Part shown: piece by piece, positions 10,293 to 21,900 of the stretch
How the letters are laid out: the number at the start of each line of letters is the position of its first letter
Numbering within the stretch: position 1 is the first letter of the stretch
Assembly: GCA_002633005.1 (NCBI GenBank)
Contig: NMRA01000010.1
Span: 737,252-801,251, forward strand
Direction of reading: 5' to 3'
Length of the DNA stretch: 64,000 bases
Source of the DNA: Phoronis australis
Lineage: Eukaryota; Animalia; Phoronida
Position numbers and translations under genes: made by a program
The notes under the pieces: generated by a model
The model's database searches: none
Told to the model about the DNA's origin: nothing
The model's input: the letters and a program-made list of their open reading frames with translations, nothing else

Positions 10293-12151
10293 GTACGTGT
10301 GAGCAAACTGAAATTAAACTTGTTTTGTAGGGCTATGAGGCTTGTGTGCTCCGTTAAATTGTGTTTAAAGCAGAAGAAATTGTTAATTCTGGATGACGTC
10401 AATGTGGAACTGCCTCATGTTCTGGCAAATAGCTCCATTAATTAGCCGTAAAGCTGTGTGTAAACAGAAAAAGTAATTTCTTCTTACACAGTGGTACAAA
10501 AATAGCATTGGCATAGGGAAAGTGAATCAGTAATTAATATAATTCAGCAATTCAAAGAGTGATGACTCAGTACAAAAGTGTTGTTATACAAGTAATACAG
10601 CCTAACATCTTGTCAGCTCACAGAAAGGCTTGGGATTTGGCTACTGGAAGCACCTTTTTAAACATGTTGCGATTCAAAAGCTATTGATAATTTTCAGATG
10701 GTAAATCAAGTGTTTACTAAAACTATCCAATTCACTCTGTCAGTATTGTGGAATGTAAATAAGTTATCAACAAGTCTCTGCATTCAACCAAACAATTAAC
10801 GCACAAAACTGTAAAATTTAATGTCTTGGTAAAAGTATATATTTCTGAAAGTATAAAACCAGTAGAACTCAAAGTTTGCCTTTATACCAATTGATATATG
10901 TTGAACGTGAAATCTTAAAGACACTGCAGTTACAGTAATTAATTATTAATTCATTTTCACAACTTTTGATTTTTTTCTTAAAAACCATTGAAGTCATAGC
11001 CCCTGTTGCAGTGGATCATTCTGATATAATTCCTAAAAGCATTTGGAGCAAGATCTCGCAGTGACGAACACAAGTAAAGTTTATTAAGGACGACAACTTT
11101 TCTAGAACAACTTATGGATAACAGTGCATAAAGCATAGTATCTGAAAATTTCAATTTAATCCAATTTTCTATTTCTGAGATATGATGTTCCAAATTTTGA
11201 CGACTTTGGAGGTAATTTTAAGGAGCAAACTGCATTGAGTTTCCTTAAATTTTGACTGATTAAAGATTGTTCTGAACTTTTTTAATATATGATTTTGTTC
11301 TTGTCCATTGAGTGTTAGATTTGTATATTACAATTTCACAAATTTTCATGAAATACAGATGTCAATATTGGTTATTTCACTTTTCAGACATTATTGATAA
11401 TGCCCACTTGACAATTTTCCCAAAACATTGTCCACTAGAGCTATGTTGTAAAACTTACAACTGATGTCTTCATTTTGTTTTACTTTCCTTTATTGAAAAA
11501 TGAAATAAAAGTACACTTGTCCGTCACATAGCTTCTTAAATTGGTGACATTTTATTGTAGATTTGTTGTTGTATTTAAACTGGTATTTCTTTTTCAAATA
11601 CAACTTAAACCTAGCTGGATTGAATTTTGCCATTTGCTGACCCGACAGTAATTCCACTCCTGGTGAGTCAGCCTCGGAAACTTAAAGACAGAATACCAGT
11701 TTTCTGCAAATTCAAATGGGCAATTCTAAGAAAATAAGTGTGTCTCAATACTGATTGTGGGGCACCTGTTCTTTTAACATTAATCAAAGTTTTACAGCAA
11801 TATGTCTCTTACCGTGTATGCGCATACTTAATTAGGCATGTGTTGACATTCCAGTAAAACCTAGGAACAAGTTTTTAAAATGATGTGTGTTTGAAGCTTA
11901 TCTTATTACAAAATGGCAGACATCGGAGTACTCTTAATTTAATGTAAAGTATTTCACAAAAACACTCTGTGTAAGACATTCACCTGTTCAAGCAAAAACC
12001 AGCTACGCTTGTGGAGCATAGCTGTATGGGCCTACATGCAAAATATCTGAGCTAAATTTTCTTTTAAAAAATGCATTATTTAGAATATAGGCACTTGAGC
12101 CTGAAAACGCCTATATTTTATTCTCATGTGGTGGTAATGTTTTGCTTTCAG

Positions 12152-12240
12152 GTCACATCAACAACCTTTACAATACATGTTTCTGGTCCCTCATACAACA
12201 AGGTGGTTTGACAAACAAACAAGCACAGGAAAGACTAAAG
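12152..12240 (+). CDS. THG1L: THG1L coding exon 4 ([12 protein letters not shown]...ERLK)
   Basis: Acceptor TTTCAG, donor GTGTGT; HINNLYN motif; translated by hand. Confidence 0.95.
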
Positions 12241-12859
12241 GTGTGTATTGTTTTCCCATGATGAATTGCAAGGTCTGAAAGTAATCTTATGATGATGTCA
12301 TTGGAAATATGTTGACGATGGTTCGAATAGTGACCGATACCAATGGGAGAATTGGTTAAACTACTGGTATGCCACTTTGTCTGCGGAAAAGACAATTCTC
12401 GTATTCCGCACTCCCGCTCTTCATGCCCTATTTGGTAAAAATACATTTGATATTTTTCAAAACTGTTTGTTTGATGTCATTTTTGACCCCCTAAATTTTG
12501 CCCAATGAGCAAGCACCTAATTATTACCATATTCCAACTAAGAGTATCCCATTCATTCTTGTGATGTGTGACATGACTAATAGCGAGCTATGATTGGCCA
12601 GTAATACTAGATGTGATTTTCCCCAATTCGGATTGGATAATGTCAGTATTTGATTGCACACTGACCCTTGTGACCTCAACGAGATTGTATTTGGCATAAT
12701 GAGCAACTAAAATTTGAAGTCATGTCTTGGCTGTGGTCACAACTGCTAATCTGAGGTTACTTTTGGCGGGCTGGTATACGTCAAAGTGGACACTGCGTGG
12801 AATCTTTCAAATGGACTGACAAGTTATGTTAATTGTTAAACTATTTCTCCTGCAGTAAT

Positions 12860-12980
12860 TATAACTATTATTGGGGTTTATCATTATATTGATCATTGCT
12901 ATCATTCTATTAGGACTTTATTACCATTATCATTACCATTATTATTATTACTATTAATATGATTATCATCATCATCATCT
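12860..12980. repeat. Degenerate (TAT/CAT)n low-complexity tract
   Basis: attattattactattaat...atcatcatcatc. Confidence 0.7.
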
Positions 12981-13118
12981 TGATTTGTGATAGTTTACTG
13001 GAACATCTTTCAGTTTTGTGATGCCTAAATGGTGATAGCTGTGTTATGGTGATCTGTTTGTGCTTGGGTTCTTTGACTCAATTCCATGCAAGTCAAGTGA
13101 TAACCGTGTTATTACTAG

Positions 13119-13226
13119 GGCACACTGTCTGGTGACAAGAATGAACTCTTGTTCAGTGAGTTCAACACAAACTACAACACTCTACCTGAGCTGTATCGCA
13201 AGGGCACGATTCTTCTTTCAGAAAAG
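13119..13226 (+). CDS. THG1L: THG1L coding exon 5 ([20 protein letters not shown]...SEK)
   Basis: Acceptor ACTAG, donor GTATTT; 36 codons; translated by hand. Confidence 0.94.
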
Positions 13227-14095
13227 GTATTTGGCATTGTGGATTTCATTAAAATCTGAAAGAAATGTCATTGAGATGTTTCTTAATATTAACAAAAAAA
13301 TTCTGCAATATTTTGGTAACTGTGTTTGATTTCTTCTTTTTGGTAAAAAATAAAAATTTCCTTTGGCTTTCCAGAGTTACCAGCTTCTTGATTCCTGCTG
13401 TTATTGTGGACTAGAATAGGAATTGTTTTGAATCTGAGAAATAGTATATAGTTGCTGTTAAGTGCCTCCTCTTTTTAAGTGTTTCTCAATCTTGGTAAAG
13501 TTTGGGTGGCTTTCCTTTGTGGTTCTGATCACAAAATTGACGTTTTTTATTAGAAAATGCATTTGTTTGAAAAACTATATCCAATCTATTGAACCATGTA
13601 ACCTTGCTCCTCTGTAAAGTCTTAGTTGTAATATCCTTCATTTGCATAATTTTAATTAAAGTTTAAACTTCTCTAAATCTGTGACAAAAATTTACTTTTG
13701 ATTAATTTCCAGTGTGAAGTTGGTACAACTCATTTCGTGATAGAAAAACATTACTATTTATAGTCACAAGGTGGAGGCAGGGTATAGTAATCCACTTAAT
13801 GCCAAATCATTCTTTACTCAAATTAGAGGTGGTTTCAGAGATGGAAAAGAACTGACAGTTCATTATTGCGTGAGAGCTGGCTCAACAATTTACCTTTTCC
13901 TTGTGGGTCATTCTATGTGCAAAGTATAGTCTTGGGCTATATTGAAATGCCAGTTCTTTTCAAACTTCGAAAACACTTCTCATCCGAGTCAGAACAAACT
14001 TGAGGCCAGTTTTATAGCAGCACGTGGTACATATCAAAATTTATTTTGTGGATTTATATCAGCTTGTGTACAAGTAACCTTTAATTTATTTTCAG

Positions 14096-14251
14096 GTCAC
14101 TGAAACGGTGCCTCAGCAATCTTCATCTGATGGTGGCGTCGCTACAAAGAAATTTGTCCAAAAACGAACAGTCGTCACTGAGCACCATGTGGACATTATA
14201 AAAGATCAGTTCTGGAAGGACCATCCAGAGATTCTGAATGAGTCTAGGTGA
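14096..14251 (+). CDS. THG1L: THG1L last coding exon (VTETVPQ...DIIKDQFWKDHPEILNESR*)
   Basis: Acceptor TTTCAG; C-terminal DII..FW..HPEIL motif; stop TGA 14249-14251. Confidence 0.92.
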   Translation, partial: VTETVPQQSSSDGGVATKKFVQKRTVVTEHHVDIIKDQFWKDHPEILNESR

Positions 14252-17200
14252 TGCCAAAGACTGTTTATGAGATGACGATTGCGATAGCTCTTTTTTCTGA
14301 ATAACGGGATTTGCAAACGCAAACGCAGGATTCAATATTCACCATATGGTGACATGGAGGTGCTTGTGAGTTGTGTCCTGTGCGACCTCAATACATGCAC
14401 TTCTATAGGTAGGACCTTTGTGCCACCTTGAGAATTTCTGATGTGTGGTGACCTGTGCTGCCACCTAGAGGTATTTAGAGGAACTTCTCTCCTGCAGTTG
14501 GTGACAAAGGGCTGTAGAGTAAATATGCATTGCTTCATTGAAAGCATGCGTTGTGGTGTATCACAGGTGCTTGCAAGCTTATTAAGCATTCATGAACCAG
14601 TTACTTGTACTAATCTTTTGTCATTTATCCAAACTTTTTTACGGCTATTGATTAGAATATAGTTAAGTTCGTAACCCATTTGCAATTTTGTATCTTGTGG
14701 ATTTGACGTCAGTCTAGTCTATCAGTTGTGCACTTTTGATTGATAGAATTCACAATGATCACTAGTGCCATGTGTTATTTAGACTCACTTGCTTTTTTGA
14801 GTTGACTCCCCGTTTTGGAGTTTAAGTTTTGATAAATTAATCTCTTACACAGGTATTACGTAATATTATAAGGCATATACTGCACATAGGTGTCTTACAA
14901 AAAAGAGGTTACCTTCACCTCAGGTAGAGGGCACTAGTAATCTGTGGTCTCATATGACTAGTATGGTACATTGAAACAGTTCCTCTGTGAAGCTTGCATC
15001 ATTAGTTGAAACTGAGAAATGGAGAGGTTGTAAAATTTTAGATGAAGTAAACTTTTAAAATGCACAGTGTTTTTTTGCAGGACATGTGCAAATTTGAAAA
15101 CTATTCTCTTACAATTTGAATATTTCCAGAAAATAACCTCACCGGCAGTAAAACAAGTGGTGTAGATACTGATCTAATTTTAAACCATTAATTGAAGCTT
15201 GTACCTATTGGAACCATTATAAGAAACTTTTTGTGGAAACTCGCACACTTTACATGATACCAAAACTGTAAAGCCAATAAAGAGGCTGGCTTGGATTCAT
15301 ACAGTGTCAAAGATGTTTGTGCTTTGAACCATTTCTGCATCAGCTTTCACTTCCACTGGGTCTGCTCAAACATTGTAGAATATCTGGAACTTTGTTTTGG
15401 CTTATCTAGAGACTTTGGGTACATTACTTGCTCTGGAAATTGACTTCAACGATGCAGTTGTAACATCTTTTGTGAAACTGGAAATCATTACTATAGGTGG
15501 AGCTGGACTTACCCGCTTCCCTCACCTAATTACCGCCACTTTCACGCAGTCACAATGGATAAACCAATATTTTTTAGTTATCTGGATAAAATAAAGAGAA
15601 ATATTATTGTGGAAAATATTAAGGACGGATGCAATATTCTATTAAATGTTTTTTTATCTTTTGATCTTTCGTTATTTTGTTTTGCTCGGCATATCCACTG
15701 GTAACAGCCAGAAGTTATCAGTGTTACGCCTGTGGGTAAAACTGGTGAAGTTTCACAAAATGTCTACTTGTCTTTTGTATTCAGCTATGGTTTATGTCCT
15801 CATGCTGAGAGTGAAGAAACTTTATGCTGGTTGTTCACGAAAAAGTTTAGCACTAGCCAAATTTCAGCTGGAAACAAATATCTGGTAACGCATTTTCAAG
15901 GCAATGCCCAAAAAGTGCTGCAATTAAAAGCAAACTTTTAAGTTTAATTCTTTCAATTTCTACTTGGCAGGGCAATCTGTTGTAAAATATGATTGGAGTA
16001 CACAGGTTTGAAAGTTTTGATAATTGAATTATTTTTTGTTTGAGAAAATTCAGTTGTCTTGAAACCAGAAAGAAAATGGTGTGTTACCATCAGTTGATAA
16101 GTGCAGTTGTGAATTTGCACATTCTGTGTAGAACAGATAGTTCTCTTTGTGTTTTTGAATCCATTATAAGCCAGCAGCAGACCCGGAGGGGTTCCGATGA
16201 CGCATGTTTCTCGGCTTCTTTTGTTTTGCTGCAGTGGTAGAAACGGAAGTGACCTCTATGTCAAGCTATTCGAAAGGCCCTCTGACGGTGGATGGTGGAT
16301 CTGCCCCTGCAGGACCTTACCAACACGTGACATCTGTGTATTTAGCCAAGTGTCTGCAAATGTATAGAAATTATTTCTGTAAAAGTATACATTTTCTAAA
16401 AGTAGAAAGCCCCTAGACTGATTCAAATTTATACGTCAATTTTTGTTTGGTACTACATTACCGTATTGTCGTAATATCGTTATAGAGGAATCTGGGCATG
16501 CAGTCTCGAATCTTTGTACTTGAAATCGGAACTTGAAATAATTTTTGACATTTTCTGTTCTACTTAAAATACGAACCCAAGATAGTAGCTATCATGCTGT
16601 GGTCGAGTGCGCTGTGGTTTTGGTGAATGCGGACTAGTTTGCACTTGATGACCAGGCATTATAGCTTTAAGTTAATTCCGAACTCATAATTCCAAGTTTT
16701 CCCTCGAGTTCATTGTTACTACGAGGCCATCACGTACGAACTTGAATTAGAAACTTATATCTGCGCATCACATAATAATAGTAGTAACAGTGGAGTTCCT
16801 ATTGTTTTGACCTATGGACAGTATGAGACTGGTTCTTAGTGGTTACATTGTCATCACCATGATAAAACCTTCCAGGCTTATAGCACAATCGTGAATTAAA
16901 CATCTCCAAAACAAGGAAAGAGAAGAAAAGTGGTTTAAATTGAAAGTTTCTTTGCTCCATGGACATGATTGGGACGCATGAACGTACCAGCTCCAGTGTC
17001 CCCCACTGAACACGCGAGTTTCTTGTACAAATTTCAGTGTTCCATATCCTGGCTTCTCCGAAGCCCTGCAGGAAAGTGAAAGAGTCACAGCGTGGTCATA
17101 TTACTAAGTTGTCACAGCCACCACAGACACAACGCCTCGTCTTTCCTTATTATACTATAAACCACGTGAAAACGAGCAGCAATATCTGACGATTTTTCAC

Positions 17201-17535
17201 GCTAAACATAATGGAGGATGACTAGTGCTGTGATTGGCTGTCCCGATGTTACGTAGTATGTATCTACCAATAAATGCCCGTCGTATCTCGATATCGGTGA
17301 GTGTTTGCGGGTGTTCTAATTTTTCAGCTAATCTTCTGGTGGAGTTGTTTTATGGTGTTTTTGATATGAAATTAGTGATCTTAAGCACTTTAAAGCAACC
17401 TCCCTTCCCATAGTGCTCCACATGATGGCGTTATTTGCATTAGATTCTGTTCTCCCATGGTGTTCGCACGTGACTGTCTCGCTGGTTCCCTGCGTGTCGC
17501 TAGGTGGTCGGTGTCATTAATGTTAGCATATTATG

Positions 17536-17760
17536 CAGTGGCGGATCTAGGATACCATAAGGGGGGGCCAACATGTTGCCGGTAGTATGGACCTTCTGTT
17601 CGGAAAAAATAAAAACGGGAGCGCGATCCCCCGCGATCTGGACTGAGCCCCCCCTTCTCTCCAATACCGGTCCCACTTATATTTCCTCACCTTTCGCGCT
17701 GTTGCTGTTGCTGTTCCTGTTATATTTCGCTTGCGGCAGCCAAGGGGGGGGGGACTATGA
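17536..17760 (+). mobile_element. Truncated copy of the CAGTGGCGGATC-ended MITE family
   Basis: Starts CAGTGGCGGATCTAGGA followed by G-runs like the 42005 and 58521 copies; no right TIR seen. Confidence 0.5.
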
Positions 17761-17877
17761 AGCGCCAAAGTGATCTAAACGAGCACAATTCTACGTGTTG
17801 ATGTGTTCGTATAGTCCAATCACGCCTGTGCTCTCAAATGAATTGTTTAAAAGCATAATGATGATGTTTTCAGAACT

Positions 17878-17979
17878 AAAAGTACGCGTATAGCAAAAGT
17901 ACGCGCAAATTAAGCAAAAGTACTCGTGGGATAAGCAAAAGTACTCGTAGATTAAGCAAAAAGTACGCGTAAATTAAGC
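17878..17979. repeat. ~21-bp minisatellite, about 5 copies
   Basis: Unit ~TAAGCAAAAGTAC(G/T)CGTAGAT repeated; explains the RVLLL repeats in ORF 17876-18124. Confidence 0.85.
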
Positions 17980-18329
17980 CCATTTCAAGGCATAGAAACT
18001 TGTACTCGTCACTTTGGCGCTTCATAAAATTCAAATCTGGGAAACCAAAAGACCATTTTATTCTTTTTGGCTGAATGAAACGAAAAAGGTAAACCATATT
18101 GTTTAACAACACCAAAGACGTCAAATCTACTCATACAGTGTCAGGAAACGGTTTCCAATCCCGAACAAATCGTTCAAGAAGTCAATGGCAAGAAAAAAGG
18201 AAAACGTTCACGAGTGATTCATTTTGACAGGATTGGATGAACCTTTCTAAAACTGGGCTACTTCATAGACCTATGATTCAACCATAGTGTAGTTAGATTC
18301 TTTTATACTGGATAACAACCTTTTCAGTG

Positions 18330-18954
18330 CAGTGCTGCAGTGGGGTGTAGGCGCACGTAGGCGCAGCCAACCATCTTTTTGCTTTTTAATTTAGCGCCTA
18401 CCCACCGTTAGTTACGATATGGTGGGGCGTAAGCGCACGTAGTTGCAGCCAACCACCTTTTTACATTTTATCGGAGCATTCACCCTTTTACATTTTAACG
18501 TAGCGTGTACGCGCCGTAAGTGACGGTATAGCGAAGCATAGTCTCGATGCGATAGTTTGCGGCATCAATGCGCTACGCTGACAACAGCATTGTTGCCGAA
18601 CATTTCTACGATCGGGCCCACCAGGCATACATGTATGCTCACTCGACGGGCGACTAGAAATCGCCGCCAGCATATCATTTCTGGGCGTTACGCTCCTATT
18701 TTCCTTTATAATTGTGCTTGGGGCCCTTTCAGATACCGCTTGGAATGCACATGCACATTTGCCTTCGAATATTTGTGGTTGGACCCTCTTTCTCCAACAT
18801 TCAAGACCCGCATTTGCAGACTCTATATAAATACCCACGCGTGTTTGTAAGTCAGGTTTCGCGAGTTCAGTACGTACTTTTAAAATTCAGCGCTCAAGGC
18901 GATGTGATGGGTTTTGGGCGCCTACTTACCTCTAATTTTAGCACTACAGCACTG
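18330..18954. mobile_element. Non-autonomous hAT-type DNA transposon (625 bp)
   Basis: 13-bp TIRs CAGTGCTGCAGTG / CACTACAGCACTG (1 mismatch); perfect 8-bp TSD TTTCAGTG at 18322-18329 and 18955-18962; subterminal direct repeats GCGCACGTAG..GCAGCCAACCA. Confidence 0.88.
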
Positions 18955-21900
18955 TTTCAGTGATTACAGCACTGGTTTCCAACAGGGTTCTGGCTAATTT
19001 ATAGACCTGTAAAAATATAAACATGTATGCCCATAGTAGTACAATCATGGACTTAAATATGTAGTGCAAGTCCAAGGTATGTAGTAAATTGATAACTAGA
19101 AATTCAAGAACATATCAAAATAGTTAAACACGAAAGAGAAACAAGTACAACACCTTGCTGACAAAAGATTAAAGGAGATGTCACCCAAAACGAATGTATC
19201 TGTCTCTGTTCAATTCAGCTAGACTTGTTTCATTCCAGAACAATTGACACTGGGCGACAGGCGAAGGTGCTAAAATTAACCTATGACGTCAACTGAACAG
19301 ATCTCGATCGTGTGTCGCGTACTCTTGCCTATAGAATTGTAGAAAGTGTCGGGTTCAATGACTCTTCCAGCAAATCAAGAAACGTTATCGCCTGGTCTTA
19401 TCGTCTTGCACCCATAAAACATCAAACAAAATGCATTCAATTTTCAAATTAAAGAGGTATTTCATTCCATGATTGCTGATTTCCTAGATATTTGAAAGTA
19501 TACGATAATGAGATTAGCTCAGTGCAGTTCCGATTGGTGACGAATTTCCCAGTGCCGCCTATGGAGCTCATCTTTGTATCACTATTTAACACTAACAACC
19601 AGTGTAACCACTTGCTTTCCTGCTGTACAACGATGGCCCGGACGCCTCGCGAGGTGATCCGAAGTGATCTCAGCACCACGTGACACGCTCCATTCCTGAT
19701 GAGAAGACCATAGCTGACATTGATTTTCGGACGGACCTGTGACAATTGAGGTCCCCTAATATTTCTTGCGACTATGGCTATAGCGGCTATAGCCCCTGTT
19801 TTCTTTGCAGAATCTCTGTGAACTTTTGCAGGTATCTGCCCACGACACCGCTGTGCCCCGGGGGATTTATTTTGTTTTCTGCGCCATCGAATGGCCATTT
19901 TCATGATACTAAAAACACCTCTAGAGTTAAGCGGCACACAGTTTGCGCGGTGCAGGGCGTTGGCGCATTTCAATGCACCGCGTTGCTCATGTTCAACAGC
20001 TGGTCTACGGTTGCATTTGCGGTAGTCATAAAAGATGAAAATTTTACTTTGGAATCAGTTTGAATAGACTCGATGAAAGGTTCTTGAAGTCTTGTTGGCC
20101 CAGTAGGCGGCGTTTTTAGGGTTTGCCCTCTCTGGAACGTAGACTAATCCCAAACGAAGATCGAGCAACAGCCCATGACTGGACAGCTATATACTGGGCT
20201 GTAGTGGTAAAGCAGGAAAGCAAGTGGTTACACTCCCTTTTAATACATATATGGTGTACGAGAGAAATATGCTAAAAGATCAAGAGAAGCTCTCGCGGTA
20301 TAACCAAGGAGTGTAGCACAATAGTACTACACTCCTTGGTCTAGCCTCGAAACATTACAGCGTTTTGTCGTTCAGTAACTTTTCCAGACGTGAGGGGTGC
20401 TGAACGTGCGATAACATCTAGCTCTTTTGTTAACTGCCCAGCTCAGTCTTTTGTCCCGTATGATAACAAGCGGGCCAATTATTACCCAGGCTTCAAAGGA
20501 AACGTATGGTGGTTGAACGCGTATTCAGAACACAGTCAAACCCAGTGCGTTGGTAATCCGTTTAGACAGAATAGATTGTCTTAAATTCTGTTGTAGTTGG
20601 GCGATTTTGGTGATTCAAAAACTTAACATGATCAACATTTGACGAGGAATTCAGAAAATTAATGCTACTGGTTTAAGCTCAAATATGTTATAACGTAACT
20701 TTCATTTTTATCAGCCCAGCCCAGTCAGGCTAGATATGGTCTGATCGGAGATTAGAGCAATTATTGAACAAAAGAGCACAGGCCCTCCAACCATAAATGC
20801 CAGAATGGAGTTAATCAGTCGTGTAAGATATTGGCTGCGGGGGTAAACTTCCCAACTTGTTGTTGGGCTATAGAATCGAACAAGTTGGGAGCAACGAAAT
20901 GTCGCCGTCATGATTACGTACTATGTGCTTGTTTGGAGTCGAATTGCAGGCCACCGCTTTCGTTTTTTTGTGTAATAAAGAATTATCATAGCCAAGTAAT
21001 AGTATTCTAATTTAGACTTTACGAATTGCTCAGGTTTAGAGACACAACTAAAACTTTCGTTAACACCGAGGAGTGACCGTTTTGACCCAGAGAGTGAGTG
21101 GCCGTGGAACTGAGCGCAGTCTCGGCACTCGTATCGCCGACACCGCAATGAAACTTTTGGATCTCGAACATTATCCTCATCACTGGTACCTGAAAAAGTG
21201 AACCAAAGAAATAATCATCTAGTGTGATCGATACTAACTTTGGGTGGATTGACCATTTTGTTAGACAACAAATCGACTAGCCTGGGGTTACTTCACTGTG
21301 TTGGCCCTGGCGACAGTTGCGCCGATGCGGAGCCCCCGTTATGCAAAATCCCAATGAGCAAAATATTTACAAACACAATACGATGCGCTTTATACTGGGA
21401 TTTCCCAGACGTTCCATGGAATCCAGTCGAATCGTTGTTTCGAATTCCTACGGGCAGCACTGAATTAACATAGGACGGGTATTGGCTCAACACGGGCCGA
21501 CACGGCCGCATCAATCGGGATTCGAGACCCTGTCGGCTTTATTGATAGTTTAACAGCATCTCAAAAACCGTGGTCTCATCATGATTTATTCATGGGTTTC
21601 TTAACATGTTTTCTGTCACCAACACCATAAAAATCCCAACATGAGTGACCACAAATTAGCCAGAGGGCTTTTACACTTCTTTAGGCACCACTCTATTATC
21701 AGAAATAGCGACACACCACTCATTGCAAGATCCATTGACGTCATCGCGTTGTGTCCCCACCTTCCTCGCTGGTTAACGCGACACCTCTCGGGCCGGTGTG
21801 TTCGACAGAGCACGAGGTGATACGTGCATAGACTGATTAAAACAGTAAAAACCAAAAACTAAATTAAATCGGGTGGCACCTGCCTTTAATATCGTAAACA

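Larger units (their letters stand above)
5487..14251 (+). other. THG1L: THG1L gene, tRNA(His) guanylyltransferase; coding exons 5487-5680, 6269-6445, 10123-10292, 12152-12240, 13119-13226, 14096-14251 (894 nt, 297 aa)
   Basis: Spliced ORF is open from ATG 5487 (conserved ATG at 5577) to TGA 14249-14251. Contains Thg1 motifs [19 protein letters not shown] (D29), [55 protein letters not shown] and DIIKDQFW. All five introns GT-AG with consistent phases. Confidence 0.97.

Noticed and set aside
10749-10768. TGGAATGTAAA matching the 5' end of miR-1
   Set aside because: The 3' half diverges and there is no complementary star arm
19449-20132. In-frame TGA upstream of the 174-aa ORF as a selenocysteine codon
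   Set aside because: No selenoprotein homology and no SECIS identified
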